Source: Octopus sinensis
Taxonomy: Eukaryota
NCBI RefSeq assembly: GCF_006345805.1
Contig: NC_043017.1
Location: 27,528,001 to 27,592,000 of the forward strand
Reading direction: 5' to 3'
DNA length: 64,000 nucleotides
The stretch's first letter is position 1. The number at the start of each line of letters is the position of its first letter. The position numbers and the translations under genes were made by a program. A model generated the notes under the pieces. It made no database searches. It was not told the origin of the DNA and saw only the letters and a list, made by a program, of their open reading frames with translations. Below are positions 1-14,203 of this stretch, piece after piece.

Positions 1-130
1 AGATTATAGCGGAAGTTGCCACGCTGCGGGATTGAACCTAGTACTATGTGGTTGGGTAGCACGCTTCTTATCAAGCAGCCATGCTTGGGTTCCATGAATA
101 TTTATTTATATATTCATTTTGAACATATAA

Positions 131-296
131 CGGGAAAGAATGGCCGTGTGGTAAGTAGCTTGCTTACCAACCACTTGGTTCAGGGTTCAGTACCCACTGC
201 GTGGCACCTTGTGCAAGTGTCTTCTACTATAGCCGCGAGCCGACCAAAGCCTTGTCAGTGGAATTGGTAGATGGAAACAGAAAGAAGCCCGTCGTA

Positions 297-360
<64 letters not shown>

Positions 361-590
361 CATATATATATTCACATATATAAATATGTGTCTGTGTGTG
401 TCCTCCAAAATCGCTTGACAACCGATGCTGCTGTGTTTATGTCCCCGTAACGTAGCGGTTCGTCAAGAGACCGATAAAATAAATACTAGGCTTACAAAGA
501 ATAAGTCCTGGGGTCGATTTGCTCGACTAAAGGCGGTCCTCCAGCATGGCCACAGTCACATGACTGAAACAACTAAAAGAGTAAAGGAGA
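131..590 (+). mobile_element. tRNA-derived SINE family A, full length
   Basis: A-box (tggccgtgtgg) and B-box (gggttcagt) head, CORE-like gcaccttgtgcaagt segment, internal (TA)n, 3' tail ccagcatggccacagtc-acat-gactgaaac followed by taaaagag repeats. At least 12 other copies in the window. Confidence 0.9.
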
Positions 591-1992
591 GAGAGAATAT
601 AAATAATGTAAATAAATAGATAAAAATAACATATGATACGCTTAAATTAAAACCGCTAAATTATAAATTGTTCAACTCCTATAATTTCTTTCTTCGGCAT
701 TTAAGAACCCGTTTCGGTTTGTAGTTCTAGGCCATTCTATATATATGGGACCTTTGATTCTTATTTCATTCTAGTGGACCACCATAGCCATTCGATGTTT
801 AGAACATATTTTAATAGTTTCTTCTTTCAAATGTCCTGTTTTGTCGAATACTCTCACGCATTCAGTTGCGTATAATGAACTATGTAAAACGACAGGCAAA
901 GAAATATGGCTGTTTCTTGCAAGAAATACCTCGAAAGTAAAATTTTTTCCCGGACTGATAAAATACCACTGTCAACACAATTTACTATTTTGCATATGTG
1001 GACCCCGCACAATCATATATCAACCACATAGGAATTCACAGACCCCAGTTGAAAACCAATCATTTACATGAATAAAGTAGAAAATTAACTGTTGATAAGA
1101 TAAATAAATTTATCGTTTCTTTTGGGACTTGCTGACGAACTAGGCTGCGCAAAAATCTCATAATCTAATAAGCAACATTCCTTATAAAATCATATTTTCG
1201 CTCTACATAAATGCAAAATCAGAATCAAATTGTAAGATCGATATTTACAATGGATTATCTAAAATATTAACGAAATTTATTGCTGAAATATTTGTCAAGA
1301 GTACAATTGAAGTTTCGATTATTATGTGTCTAAATAGCAATGTGGGTTGCAATTCTATTTGTAGTCAGCTCGCCTTCATGTTGGTGCTACTGCACAGTAG
1401 TCTGGACAAATGTAATGAATGGCAATTTTGTAGACAAAATCGACATCGCAACTGTTTTTATAATTTATATCAGAATAATCCAGGGGAAAGCAATTATATA
1501 AATTAATGACCGTTTCAGCCGAATGTCTAGTCCCTAAAGTCACTCCCTAACCTCTACTATTTATTAATAATAAAATATTTTATATATATATATACGTACA
1601 TACACGCACACACACATATATATATATATTAACGAAATTAGGAATATGCAGCCTTCGAAACATATGTCGAGAATAAAGGAATTTTGTTAAATCGTCGTTC
1701 AACTCCATTCTTTCATTTATTTGTATTAAAAAAACACACAAATTTCCACACGAAAGCACGTGATCTGTGCCCTTGGCATGTAGCTTCAACCATGTTTTTC
1801 TGACCTGAATTTGCTACCCAGGAATCGGTTAACCGAATTATCCATACTAAGATAATTCATTCAACTACTTAAATATATATATATATATATATATATTAAT
1901 ATTATTATTAATAGCTAGGGAATATAATAATTCCAAACCAACAGGGAAAAATTCAATATAGCACACTAAATCAAAAATTTACAATATATCTA

Positions 1993-2037
<45 letters not shown>

Positions 2038-2550
2038 GTATATATTTATGTATATGTATATATTTATGTATATATAATTTAGAGACAAACCGCTATTTAG
2101 TTATTCAATCAATACTGAAATGATATTATCTATAATGACGACATAAACATTAATTAAATATATTATAATTGTTATTCTAAAAATCACAAAACGAGGGAGA
2201 GTGGGAGGGAAATAAGGAGAGAAAGGAACTGACAACGAAAGAGATGTATATGCACATACAGATATGAGCATACAAACACCTACACACACATACACGTACA
2301 CACATACATAAAGGGTCGAAGAGATATATGACAAGAGAGAGAGAGATACAGGCAGAGAGAAAATAGAGTGAGTGAGAGACAGACCGAAGATTTAATATAG
2401 TTTTATTATATTAAAAATTTGGATAACGTTGGCGATTTAGTTTCCGAGCTAAAGTACTTGAATATAAGTGTGCAACCCCTTTCCCCTTTCTTAGTCTAGC
2501 ACGGCAGATTCACGTATGTAAGTGCATATGTTATATATATATATATATAT

Positions 2551-2641
2551 TTCGTTTTTGGATTTGGTTTGCAAGATTCTTTGAGTTCGTGTGTTACATT
2601 ATAAGTCACAAAAAGAAAACGACTCTCACCAGACACAACAT
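2551..2641. repeat. Family F repeat fragment (ttcgtttttggatttggtttgcaagattc), internally collapsed fold-back
   Basis: Same sequence at 17687, 39701, 48301, 61899 and 62920; flanked by (TA)n. Confidence 0.7.
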
Positions 2642-2642
2642 T

Positions 2643-2675
<33 letters not shown>

Positions 2676-2676
<1 letters not shown>

Positions 2677-2794
2677 CACGTGATCACGTCACCCACCAGA
2701 CCATCTGATGTTGTTACACATCGCTGGTCACAATGCGTTCGCATTGTTTTAGCCTTCGAATGACGCCACCCCGCTGGCTAAGCGAGACGGCCAA
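2676..2794 (-). mobile_element. SINE family C, 3' tail fragment
   Basis: Reverse complement of the 8840-8975 tail (gcttagccagcggggtggcgtcatt...gtgaccagcgatg). Confidence 0.8.
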
Positions 2795-2802
2795 TATATA
2801 TA

Positions 2803-2843
<41 letters not shown>

Positions 2844-2966
2844 GGTGGATGAATAGATAGATAGATAGATAGATATACAGAGATATATACAGGAAGATGG
2901 TGAGCGAGGGAGGAAGACAGGCATAAATATGTGGCTAGATATATTTACTTTCATTCATATGCCTAA

Positions 2967-3008
<42 letters not shown>

Positions 3009-3710
3009 TAAAAACCCATGTACAATGAGAAGCATAAATATCAGTCTTGGCCCTTCCATTAAAATGTGTGTAATCGTGTAAATAGCTTTGTTACCAGCAT
3101 ACACGAAGAAGCTTGCATACATAGAAACACACACATAAGCAGAGTCGCAGAAGTAAAAGACATAGATAGAGAGATGCACGAATACTTGTATAATTTAAGA
3201 GGCTCCACTTTCCAAAGCCGGCCATATAACTGTCTGCTAATAAAGTTTTGCTCCATAATATTGGCTACGACTGGAATGAGTTATTTAGCTCCTGTTTTAA
3301 GGTAATCTGCAGCCAACGAGGGCAAATATTTATTATCTCTTTCCGGTCGTTTGTACAGCTAGCAGTACGTATTTAATGGAGGAGTATGAAATTGTTTTGG
3401 ATCACATTCATGCTATAAGTTTTCAATAGCTTTCCAGTATTATGCAAAGCACTCACACACATGTGCATCTGTATGTGTGTGTCAGTGTGTCTGTATGTGT
3501 GTGTCAGTGTGTCTGTATGTATATTTGTATTGTTTTCAGTTAAAAGGTTTTCTTTGTACTTGCCATAGTTACATCAGCGCAGTTAATATTAACATCACAA
3601 TAGCGATTGCATCATAACACTAATATCATGGAAAAACAACAAGAAAATACCAAAGTTGTTCAGAAAAATTTTAAATGACGATAATAACAATAATTATAAT
3701 GATTTCAAAT

Positions 3711-4562
3711 TTTGGCACAAGGCCAGCATTTTAGAAGGAGGGGATAAGTCGATTACACCGACTCAAGTGTTTCACTTATGCTTAATTTATCGACCCCGAA
3801 AGTATGGAAGCAAAGCCGACCTCGGCGGTATTTGAAATAATAATAATAATAATAGTAATAATAATAATAATAATAATGGCATCAAATATTGCCAGAAGGG
3901 CAGTGATTTCGATGCAGACGATGAGTCGACTACATCGACGTAAATGTTCAATTGGTACTTATTTTATGGACCCCGGAAGGGTGGAAGGCAGAGTCGATCT
4001 TGGCGGAATTTTGAAATCAGAATATAGCGTCTGACGAAATACCTATTTCTTTATTACCCACAAGGGGCTAAACATAGAGGGGACAAACAAGGACAGACAT
4101 AGGTATTAAGTCGATTACATCGATCCCAGTGCGTAACTGGTACTTAATTTATCGACCCCGAAAGGATGAAAGGCAAAGTCGACCTCGGCGGAATTTGAAC
4201 TCAGAACGTAGCGGCAGACGAAATACCGCTAAGCATTTCGCCCGGCGTGCTAACGTTTCTGCCAGCTCGCCGCCTTTTTTAATAATTTCTTTACTACCCA
4301 CAAGGGGCTAAACACAGAGAGGAGAAACAAGGACAGGCACAAGGATTAAGTCGATTACATCGACCCCAGTGCGTAACTGGTACTTAATTTATCGACAACG
4401 AAAGGATGAAAGGCAAAGTCAACCTCGGCGGAATTTGAACTCAGAACGTAGCGGCAGACGAAATGCGGCTACGCATTTCGCCCGGCGTGCTAACGTTTCT
4501 GCCAGACGCAATACAGCTAAGCATTTCGTCCAGCGTGCTAACCATTCTTCCAGGTCACCCCC
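3711..4562 (-). mobile_element. Cluster of four SINE family B copies, including a head-to-tail dimer (4042-4274 and 4284-4505) and a partial extra head
   Basis: Repeated gtcgattacatcgaccccagtgcgtaactggtacttaatttatcgaccccgaaaggatgaaaggcaaagtcgacctcggcggaatttgaactc. tRNA-like head ggcggcgagctggcagaa on the minus strand. Confidence 0.9.
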
Positions 4563-4979
4563 ATTATATATAACAATAATAATAATAATAATAACAAAAA
4601 TTATTATTATTATAATTATTATTATTATAACAATGCATAGCCGCCATAAGAATAACAGCAGTATCTTCTGTACTAATAGTATATGAGATAGGTTAAAATT
4701 GTGACGTATGCGAAACGTCGAAATCATGTATCCTACCACCACAACCATTACTACTACTGTAATATTTCCTTGTGTTGCTGGTGCTGCGACCAATACTGGC
4801 GTGAGTAAGAATATTTTATTTGAGAGTGTTAAGGAACAGACTGCTTTGATTTTCATTCTTTGAACACAGAATTATCATTCTCAAGATCTATATAGTGCAA
4901 TAATATAGTGCAATAATATAGATTTCGTGTTCACTGTGTTTTCCTTGTCCACCTCTCTTTGTTCCAGTATTTACGTTTA

Positions 4980-4992
4980 TATATAATATGTA

Positions 4993-5023
<31 letters not shown>

Positions 5024-5062
5024 GTAGTAATATGTATATATATATATATGTATGTATAGATG

Positions 5063-5093
<31 letters not shown>

Positions 5094-5219
5094 GTATGTA
5101 TATGTATATATATATATATATGTATGTATATTATATATATATTAGATGTATGTATATATATATATATATAATATAAATATTATATATATATATATGTATA
5201 CTATATATATATGTATGTA

Positions 5220-5251
<32 letters not shown>

Positions 5252-6020
5252 ATGTATATATCTGTATATAATATATATATATATATGTATGTTATATGTA
5301 TATATATATATATATACATATATATAATACATACATATATACTATATATATATATATACATATATAGATACATATATAATATACCTACATATATATATAC
5401 ATACAAATATACATATATAATATATACATACATATATATAACATACTATATATGTATATATATACATATAAACATATATATGTATATATATTTATATATA
5501 CACATACATATATACATACATATATATATATATATATTTATATATACACATACATACATACATACAATAGTATATATATATATGATACCATACATATACA
5601 TACTATATACATATATATATACATACATATAAACATATATATGTATATATATACATATAAACATATATATGTATAGTATATATACATACATGCATACATA
5701 TATATACATACATATATAATGTATTTATTATACATATAAACATATATATGTATATATATATTACACATACATATATGCATACATATATATATAATACACA
5801 TACATATATGCATACATATATATATATACATACATATATACCTATAGATAAGATATATACATACGTACATATATATATACATATATATATACATATATAT
5901 ATCATACACATATATACATATAAACAATATTATATATATATAGATATATCTATATACTATATTATATATATATATAATATTATTACACACATATTAATAT
6001 CTGCAAATATATATATATAC
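4980..6020. repeat. Compound (TA)n/(TACA)n microsatellite field
   Basis: Direct inspection; explains the IY-rich pseudo-ORFs. Confidence 0.95.
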
Positions 6021-6813
6021 GTGTCTGTTTTGTAAGAGTGTGTGTTGCGTGCGTGTGTGTGTGTGTGCCAATGTTTGTATGTGTGTGTTTATTCGGCCAA
6101 GCGCACGCACACATACAAATTCTACATATCCTCATTCATTTCTCACTCACTCTGACACATTTATCTCCCTTGATCGCATGCGCTCAACCTCACGTCTGCC
6201 GAATCTCTAGTGTCTAAATTATACAGTCTCTAGTTTTCGCAGTAGAATGTATCGAATTTAAAACCAGATAGTGTAAATAATTGTTTCCTACAATAAGAGA
6301 AACGCTTTCGTGTTTATATTCTTTTATAGATGAAGATCAAAATAAATGTTGAAAGCCTTTATATTAAGACTTTGGTAATACAGTTCATACAACACAACAG
6401 CAGAACACAGTAAAACGTCTTCTATAAATTAATAGAAAAAGCCATTACGCTTCGTTTGCTCTTTAAATGTATGTGGAGCACTCGAGTGTCTGAAGAACCT
6501 CATGTCCAAGACTTTAGGATATTTGAACACAAGTTAAGTAAAGTTGTAAAACGAATTGGAATTAGTTTAAGCATAGACACACACTTCCGGGATATGGTTT
6601 CCAAACTTTATACACATGCACTCACTCACATAAAGATGAAAAGACCTGAGTCGTATAATTGTTACTCATACACTTCTATATAATCTCATTGGTCTGGTTT
6701 TCTCTGATTCACTGTAAATAATTCGATTTGCTTTCACCTTTTTCTACTGTATTTAATACCAAACTGGTATAACATTATTTAAACCTGCTTCAAGGTGTGC
6801 ATTTTATATAATA

Positions 6814-6984
6814 GGCGCAGGAGTGGGTGTGTGGTAAGTAGCTTGCTTACCAACCACATGATTCCGGGTTCAGTCCCACTGCGTGGCATCTTGGGCGAGT
6901 GTCTTCTACTATAAACCCGGGCCGACCAATGCCTTGTGAGTGGATTTGGTAGACGGAAACTGAAAGAAGCCTCTCGTATATATG

Positions 6985-7019
<35 letters not shown>

Positions 7020-7220
7020 TTGTGTGTCTGTGTTTGTCCCCCTAGCATTGCTTGACAACCGATGCTGGTGTGTTTACGTCCCCGTAACTTAGCGGTTCGG
7101 CAAAAGAGACCGATAGAATAAGCACTGGGCTTACAAAGAATAAGTCCCAGGGTCGATTTGCTCGACTAAAGGCGGTGCTCCAGCATGGCCGCAGTCAAAA
7201 TGACTGAAACAAGTAAAGAG
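6814..7220 (+). mobile_element. SINE family A, full length
   Basis: ggcgcaggagtgg head through gactgaaacaagtaaagag tail. Confidence 0.92.
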
Positions 7221-7265
7221 TATATGGTACTACAACATTATATGCATAATAAAATACACTTAACA

Positions 7266-7481
7266 GAGATGTACTTGCATAGCAAGTGATTTGATCTGAG
7301 ATTGTGTGCTGAAACATTAAACAATTGCAGCGTGGAAGGTGTTTGTAAGCCATTTAAGAAACACACAAAAGCCGTTCGATTCACTGCAACATTTAAGTTT
7401 AATTTGTCAGTGAACAGGTCGCGGTCTCAAAGCGACGAAAATATTTTGACAAATTAAACTTAAATGTTGAAGTGAATCGAA
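7266..7481. repeat. Family E fold-back element, copy with the apex deleted
   Basis: Matches 30707-31101 but left arm joins right arm at the microhomology tttgtca. Confidence 0.8.
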
Positions 7482-8169
7482 TCATATATAAAAAGATAAC
7501 AGTAAATGACTCGTTAATTACACTGACGCTGAGGAAATGATGATGATAATGTTGCTATGACAACGGCAATGAGGACGACTGTAATGATATTAGAGATAAT
7601 GTTGAAAGCTACATTTCCTGCATCTAGATGCATCTTTATTGAATTATTCTGAGAATTACAAACTGCACTTATGTCGACAGGTTGAAATTTGTTCAGACCT
7701 TTTGTTTAGTAGTGAAACAATGGATGGTAACTCAGTAACTCTTGCGCAGGCTGATATTAACTTAGATTTAGAAACTAACGCCTTATGTAATATTGCTCAT
7801 GTATCGTTTCGATCTTCATTATTCATTTCGATTTCCATATGATTGCAGAATATTTATATTCTAGGTTTAACATGACTTGACATGATTTCAATGTAGCCAT
7901 AGCAGAGCTTTATGCTGATAATGTGATCATAGAAAATGCATTTCCGCAGAGAATTTATCTTGACGCCCATTGCAGACAAAATTCCAATAGAGCAGAATCT
8001 TTTTTTCAAAAAATCCTTTTCCGCTCTGCAGAAGCACACGTACAGTAATATTTATATTTGTGTGGAGAAATGTATGCATCTGTATAGAGTGTTATAGAAA
8101 TAGCGCAATGAACAATCGGTATTTGGTAACAGGGAGGGGACATGGGATATCTTTTTTGTTTTATATACT

Positions 8170-8536
8170 AGGCACAAGGCCCAAAAATTGGGGGGATGGG
8201 GGCCAGTCGATTAGATCGACCCCTATACGAAACTGGTACTTAATTCATCGATGCCAAATGGATGAAAAACAAATTTGACCTCCGGCGGAAATTCAACACA
8301 AAAGGCAAAAACTGACAAAATACCCACAAGGGAAAAAACACAGAGGGGACAAACAAGGAGATACAAAGGGATTAAGTCGATAACATCGACCCCAGTGCGT
8401 AACTGGTAACTAATTTATCGACCCCGGAAGGATGAAAGGCAAAGTCGATCTCGGAGGAATTTGAACTCGGAACGTAACGGCAGACGAAATACGGCTACGC
8501 ATTTCACCCGGCGTGCTAACGTTTCTGCCAGCCCGC
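8170..8536 (-). mobile_element. Two SINE family B copies (partial 8170-8300; near full 8323-8536)
   Basis: Family B core and tRNA-like head. Confidence 0.85.
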
Positions 8537-8597
8537 TGCTTTGTGGGACATGTGATATTAATACAGCATAAGTAGGTCTGACGGGGAATTGACATAC

Positions 8598-8655
<58 letters not shown>

Positions 8656-8663
8656 GTGTGTGT

Positions 8664-8975
8664 GGAGGTGCAATGGCCCAGTGGTTAGGGCAGCGGACTC
8701 GCGGTCATAGGATCACGGTTTCGATGCCTAGACTAGGCATTGTGAGTGTTTATTGTGCGAAAAGACCTAAAGCTTCACGAGGCTCCGGCAGGGGGTGGTG
8801 GCAATCCCTGCTGTACTCTTTCGCCGCAATTTTCTCTCACTCTTTCTTCTGTTGGCCTGCTCGCTTAGCCAGCGGGGTGGCGTCATTTAAAAAGGCTAAA
8901 ACAATGCGAAACGCATTGTGACCAGCGATATGTAGCAACATCTGAGAGCCTGGTCGGTCACGGTGACCACAGTGA
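8664..8975 (+). mobile_element. tRNA-derived SINE family C, full length (tail type 1)
   Basis: ggaggtgcaatggcccagtggttagggcagcggactcgcggtc tRNA-like head, body shared with 12263, 30179 and 35931, tail ending ggtcggtcacggtga. Confidence 0.88.
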
Positions 8976-10140
8976 TATATATATATATATAGGGTAATTT
9001 ACATTGAATATTACGTAAGTGTCGTGATGAATATATTGCACGTTTTGTACTATTTCTCATGAAATATCCTGTACACATACACACACACATACACACTACG
9101 TGTATAGAGAATCGAAAGCAAGAGACAGGAAGGTATGATTCAACAATTGCACATATTTAACATAATTTATTATACAAGCAATGTTTCGTAGTAAACATAA
9201 TTGTCTGGCAATATGGATTTGTAAGAATAATTTCGTTTGTTGATTTCATCTAACAATACGAATTTTCCACCTGCGGAATGAAATCTTTACATAATGACGT
9301 AAGCACCACCACGCATTGGAAACTATGCAAATTTCTAGCTTCAAAAAGCATTATGTATATATCTATCCATGCGTACGCATGCGTATTTACGACAAATGTG
9401 TGTATATATATATATATACTTATTTATTTGTATTGTTATATATATTTATATACCGACATTTAGAGATTTATATATATATATACCGGAGTAAACACATAAA
9501 TGTGAAACGAGGTATATATATATATATATATATATAATATATTAATAAATAAAACATATGCATATATATATAATATATATATATATATACGTACCTACCT
9601 CTACATGTATATATACACGCATATATGAGTACAGGACTCCGAAAAAAACGTCGAACACAATGAGAAACGAAAACATAGACACAAACACAAGGAACTGGAT
9701 ATTTTTCTTAAACAACAAAAAAGTAGAGTACAGGACAAATAACACAAGGAAAAACCCTTTCTTCAGTCGCCATGGTTATATATATATATATATATAATAT
9801 ATATATATATATATACACATATGTAAATAGATTATGTATGTGTATAATACATATATACAAACACACATAAATAGCTAGATAAATTTTTATATATGTATAC
9901 AAATATATGTATAGATATGCGTATGTGTGTGTTTATATACATACATACGTACGTTTAATACATACTTACATTTTTATATCTATAATATGTATGTGCATGT
10001 GCACACGCGCACACATTAAATCAGGAAAGAGGCACCTCGTAAATGTCCATGTGTGTGGGTTTCCGTGTGTCTTTATAAACATATAGGACATTCGTGTGTG
10101 TGTGCGTGTGTATACACGCTTCATATATACTCTCTCTCTC

Positions 10141-10551
10141 TTTTACTCTCTTACTTGTTTCAGTCATTTGACTGCGGCCATGCTGGAGCACCGCCTTTAG
10201 TCGAGCAAATCGACCCCAGGACTTATTCTTTGTAAGCCCAGTACTTATTCTATCGGTCTCTTTTGCCGAACCGCTAGGTGACGGGAACGTAAACACACCA
10301 GCATCGGTTGTCAAGCAATGCTAGGGGGTCAAACACAGACACACAAACATATACACACACACTTATATATATATATATACATATATACGACAGGCTTCTT
10401 TCAGTTTCCGTCTACCAAATCCACTCACAAGCCATTGGTCGGCCCGGGGCTATAGCAGAAGACACTTGCCCAAGAAGCCACGCAGTGGGACTTAAACCCG
10501 GAACCATGTGGTTGGTTAGCAAGCTACTTACCACACAGCCACTCCAGCGCC
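10141..10551 (-). mobile_element. SINE family A, full length
   Basis: Reverse complement of the family A consensus. Confidence 0.92.
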
Positions 10552-10849
10552 TAAGTGTGTGTAATATGTGGAAAAGCAGTAGCGAATATGTACATGCACG
10601 GAAATATAATTACCTGGGTGTTATATTCATCGAAGTCGAGCAATAACAATGTCACCAAATCAACTGACGTTCCGATAGTTGTAATATACTATAACGCTGA
10701 ACTAGAGGATAATATAGATATTTACGCGTATGAGTGTTTGAATGATTCCAGTAAACGCAGTTTTTGTGAAATTGCTCACACTTTCTCATTTCTATCAGTA
10801 TTTCTACGCATAAAAATCTTATATATATATATATATATAAGGAAAATAA

Positions 10850-11259
10850 GGCGTAGGAGTGGCTGTGTGGTAAGTAGCTTGCTTACCAATCACACTGTTC
10901 TGGGTTCAGTCCCACTGCGTGGCACCTTGGGCAAGTGTCTTCTAATATAGCCTCGGGCCGACCAGAGCCTCGTGAGTGGATTTGGTAGACGGAAACTGAA
11001 AGAAGCCTGTCGTATGTATATATATATATGTGTTTGTGTGTGTGTTTGTGTGTCTGTCTTTGTCCACCCAACATCGCTTGACAACCGATGCTGGTATGTT
11101 TACGTCCCCGTTACTTAGCGGTTCGGCAAAAGAGACCGATAGAATATGTACTAGGCTTACAAACAATAAGTCCTGGGGTCGAGTTGCTCGACTAAAAGGC
11201 GGTGCTCCAGCATGGCCGCAGTCAAATGACTGAGACAAGTAAAAGAGTAAAGAGAGTAA
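10850..11259 (+). mobile_element. SINE family A, full length
   Basis: Head ggcgtaggagtggctgtgtgg to (taaagag)n tail. Confidence 0.92.
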
Positions 11260-11667
11260 GGCAAGGTAGAAAATCCAAAAATAATTTTATCATGAAGAAT
11301 AATGTAGTGACGATTTTAAACTTTGCGACTTTTTCAACTTAGAGTTAAACATAAAAAACATGATATTGTGGAAGGATTAATTGAAATGCATTTTTAAAAA
11401 TATTTCCATAGTTTCCAAATGCAAGGGAGATTCTCCTTTTTTGTGTGTCTGTCTCTGTCTCTTTTGTCCATACGCAAACATATATATACACTAGCAGTAT
11501 GTCTGTCTCCTACGATTTAGATTCCTAACTACTTCCACATTTTGCGGTGCAATTTAACCAAAACCGGGTATCTTATAGTCGTGATTCATATGGAACACTT
11601 CTGGGTATTAGCGCGCGTCTACGATAAGTCTACGATTTTAAAATTAATTTACCATCAATTTTTCCCA

Positions 11668-12008
11668 TGGGCAAGTGTCTTCTACTATAGCCTCGGGCCG
11701 ACCAAAGCCTTGTGAGTGGATTTGGTAGACGGAAACTGAAAGAAGCCCGTCGTATATATGTATATATATGCGTGTGTGTGTTTTGTGTGTGTTTGTGTGT
11801 CTGTGTTTGTCCCCCTAGCATTGCTTGACAACCGATGCTGGTGTGTTCGCGTCCCCGTCACTTAGCGGTTCGGCAAAAAAGACCGATAGAATAAGTACTG
11901 GGCTTACAAAGAATAAGTCCCGGGGGTCGAGATGCTCGACTAAAGGCGGTGCTCTAGCATGACCGCAGTCAACTGACTGAAACAAGTAAAAGAGTAAAGA
12001 GTAAAGAG
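11668..12008 (+). mobile_element. SINE family A, 5'-truncated
   Basis: Begins at tgggcaagtgtc; tail (gtaaaga)3. Confidence 0.9.
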
Positions 12009-12262
12009 TATGCTAATTACCTGTGTTTGACAGTTATCTTACTTGGATTTTAATGTTCCGATATACAACTTACTTCCATGGTCTTTTAAAAGTGAACGTA
12101 AGGAACAGCCAGTGAGGAAATACAAAAGACCAAACGTATGTTGATGGTTGATATTGTTTCAATTTGTAGAACCAGATCTCTAGAGTGATTCATCAGACGT
12201 TGAACAAAGGTAATTAAATATTATTAAGTCAAATGCATGATCTTTACACATTTTTGATCCTT

Positions 12263-12552
12263 CTCGAGCCACGCTTGGCTCATAAGGACCGGTTTCCCGG
12301 TTTCATTAGCGTATAGGTTCCCCACCTGGATAGAACGCCGGTCCGTCGCAGGGGAGCTGCAAGATGCAGGAGGAAAGAGTGAAAGAAAGTTGTGGCGAAA
12401 GAGTCAGCAGAAGTTCGCCATTACCTTCTGCTGGAGCTGCGTGGAGCTTAGGTGTTTCGCTCATAAATACACACATCTCCCGGTCTGAGATTCGAACCCG
12501 CTATCCCTCGACCATGAATCCGCTGCTCTATTCACTAGTCCAAGTGCATCCA
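12263..12552 (-). mobile_element. SINE family C with an alternative 3' tail (type 3, V-domain-like)
   Basis: Family C head and body followed by cctgcgacggaccggcgttctatccagg and gaaaccgggaaaccggtccttatgagcc. Confidence 0.75.
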
Positions 12553-13080
12553 CACTTTATAGATTGCAAATGTATTGTCCTAGACAATAGTGATCAATCC
12601 TTAGCAAGTAACACAATGAAAATGAATACCACATCACAAATCCAAACTGGCGCTCATTATATGAGGCTCTTCTAAGTGGAAACACGATGCATGCTTTCGT
12701 TACATGCCACAAACTAAGAGAGACACTTTAATGCAACAATGATACGTCACTAACTGCTCTCGGATGTAAACTGTTCATACAGGGAAATGTGTTTAGTTTT
12801 GACCGAACAAATTTAGTTGAGGGCTCCATAAGTAGATCCTTTAATCCGATATCGCACCCGTTCAATATTTTGGACCCTCCAAACTACTGCAAAAGAATTA
12901 AAATCCAGCGATTCACTTTATACCTAAAACTGCATTACTAAATTCAGCCTATATATGTACGTGTGTATACAACATACACGGAGAAGTGCGCACACAAATT
13001 CATACACAAGAAGCATACACATACATAGCATACAGACACAGTGACATACACACATACATACATATATACACATAGAATTT

Positions 13081-13301
13081 GGGCGGCGAGCTGGCAGAAT
13101 CGTTAGCACGCCGGGCGAAATGGTCAGCAGCATTTCGTCTGTCGCTACGTTCTGAGTTCAAATTCCGCCGAGGTCGACTTTGCCTTTCATCCATCTGGGG
13201 TCGATAAGAGAGTACCAGTTATGCACTGGGGTTCGACTCAATCGCTTTGTCTGTCCTTGTTTCTCCCCTCTATGTTTAGCCCCTTGTGGGCAATAAAGAA
13301 A
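13081..13301 (+). mobile_element. SINE family B, full length
   Basis: ggcggcgagctggcagaatcgttagc head, gagttcaaattcc B-box, tail ccccttgtgggcaataaagaaat. Confidence 0.92.
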
Positions 13302-13564
13302 TATATATATATACACATAGATATGTGTATATTCATGTAAGTATCGATGTATACATCTGTTTATGTAATATTCAAATCTCAAGTGAAATAAAACAAAAGT
13401 ATGATGAAGCCGTCTTCTTGAGCGAGCTTTGATAGACGTGTCCAACGATTATAGATTGTTTAAATTAGTTTCCACATAAATTGGCTCGTATTGACCTACT
13501 GTTTATCGACATTAGCTAAATCCTATGTCAATACATCAAACGCCATAAAACGCCTTCTTGCAAA

Positions 13565-13567
13565 TTA

Positions 13568-13609
<42 letters not shown>

Positions 13610-14172
13610 TATGTATGTATGTATGTATGTGTGTTTAAGCATAAATATCTGCATACATATATATACAAGCACATATATGTATATACATGTATATGCATAT
13701 ATATATGCATATATATACATGTATATATATATATAGATATGTATATATATATGCATATATATATATGTATATATATATATGTGTATATATATATGTATAT
13801 ATATATATGCGTATATATATATATGCGTATATATATATGTATATATATATATGCGTATATATATATGCATATATATATAGATATGCATATATATATATGA
13901 TATGTATATATATATGCGTATATAGATATGCATATATATATATAGATATGTATTATATATGCGTATATAATATGCATATATATATAGATATGCATATATT
14001 TATTATATAGAAGAGCTTCTACAGGACTAGAATGTCATTCAAGAGAAATCTTCAGGAAGCATAGATATAGATATGCATATATATATATAGATATGTATAT
14101 ATATATATTGCGTATATATATATGCATATATATATGTATATATATATATATATGCATATATATAGTATATAT

Positions 14173-14203
<31 letters not shown>

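Noticed and set aside
8664-8735. tRNA genes at SINE heads (families A, B, C)
   Set aside because: Cloverleaves are incomplete and continue into SINE bodies, so these are not functional tRNAs.
9735-9775. Minus-strand ctgaaga-aagg...cctt as a hammerhead
   Set aside because: The GAAA half of the core is missing.
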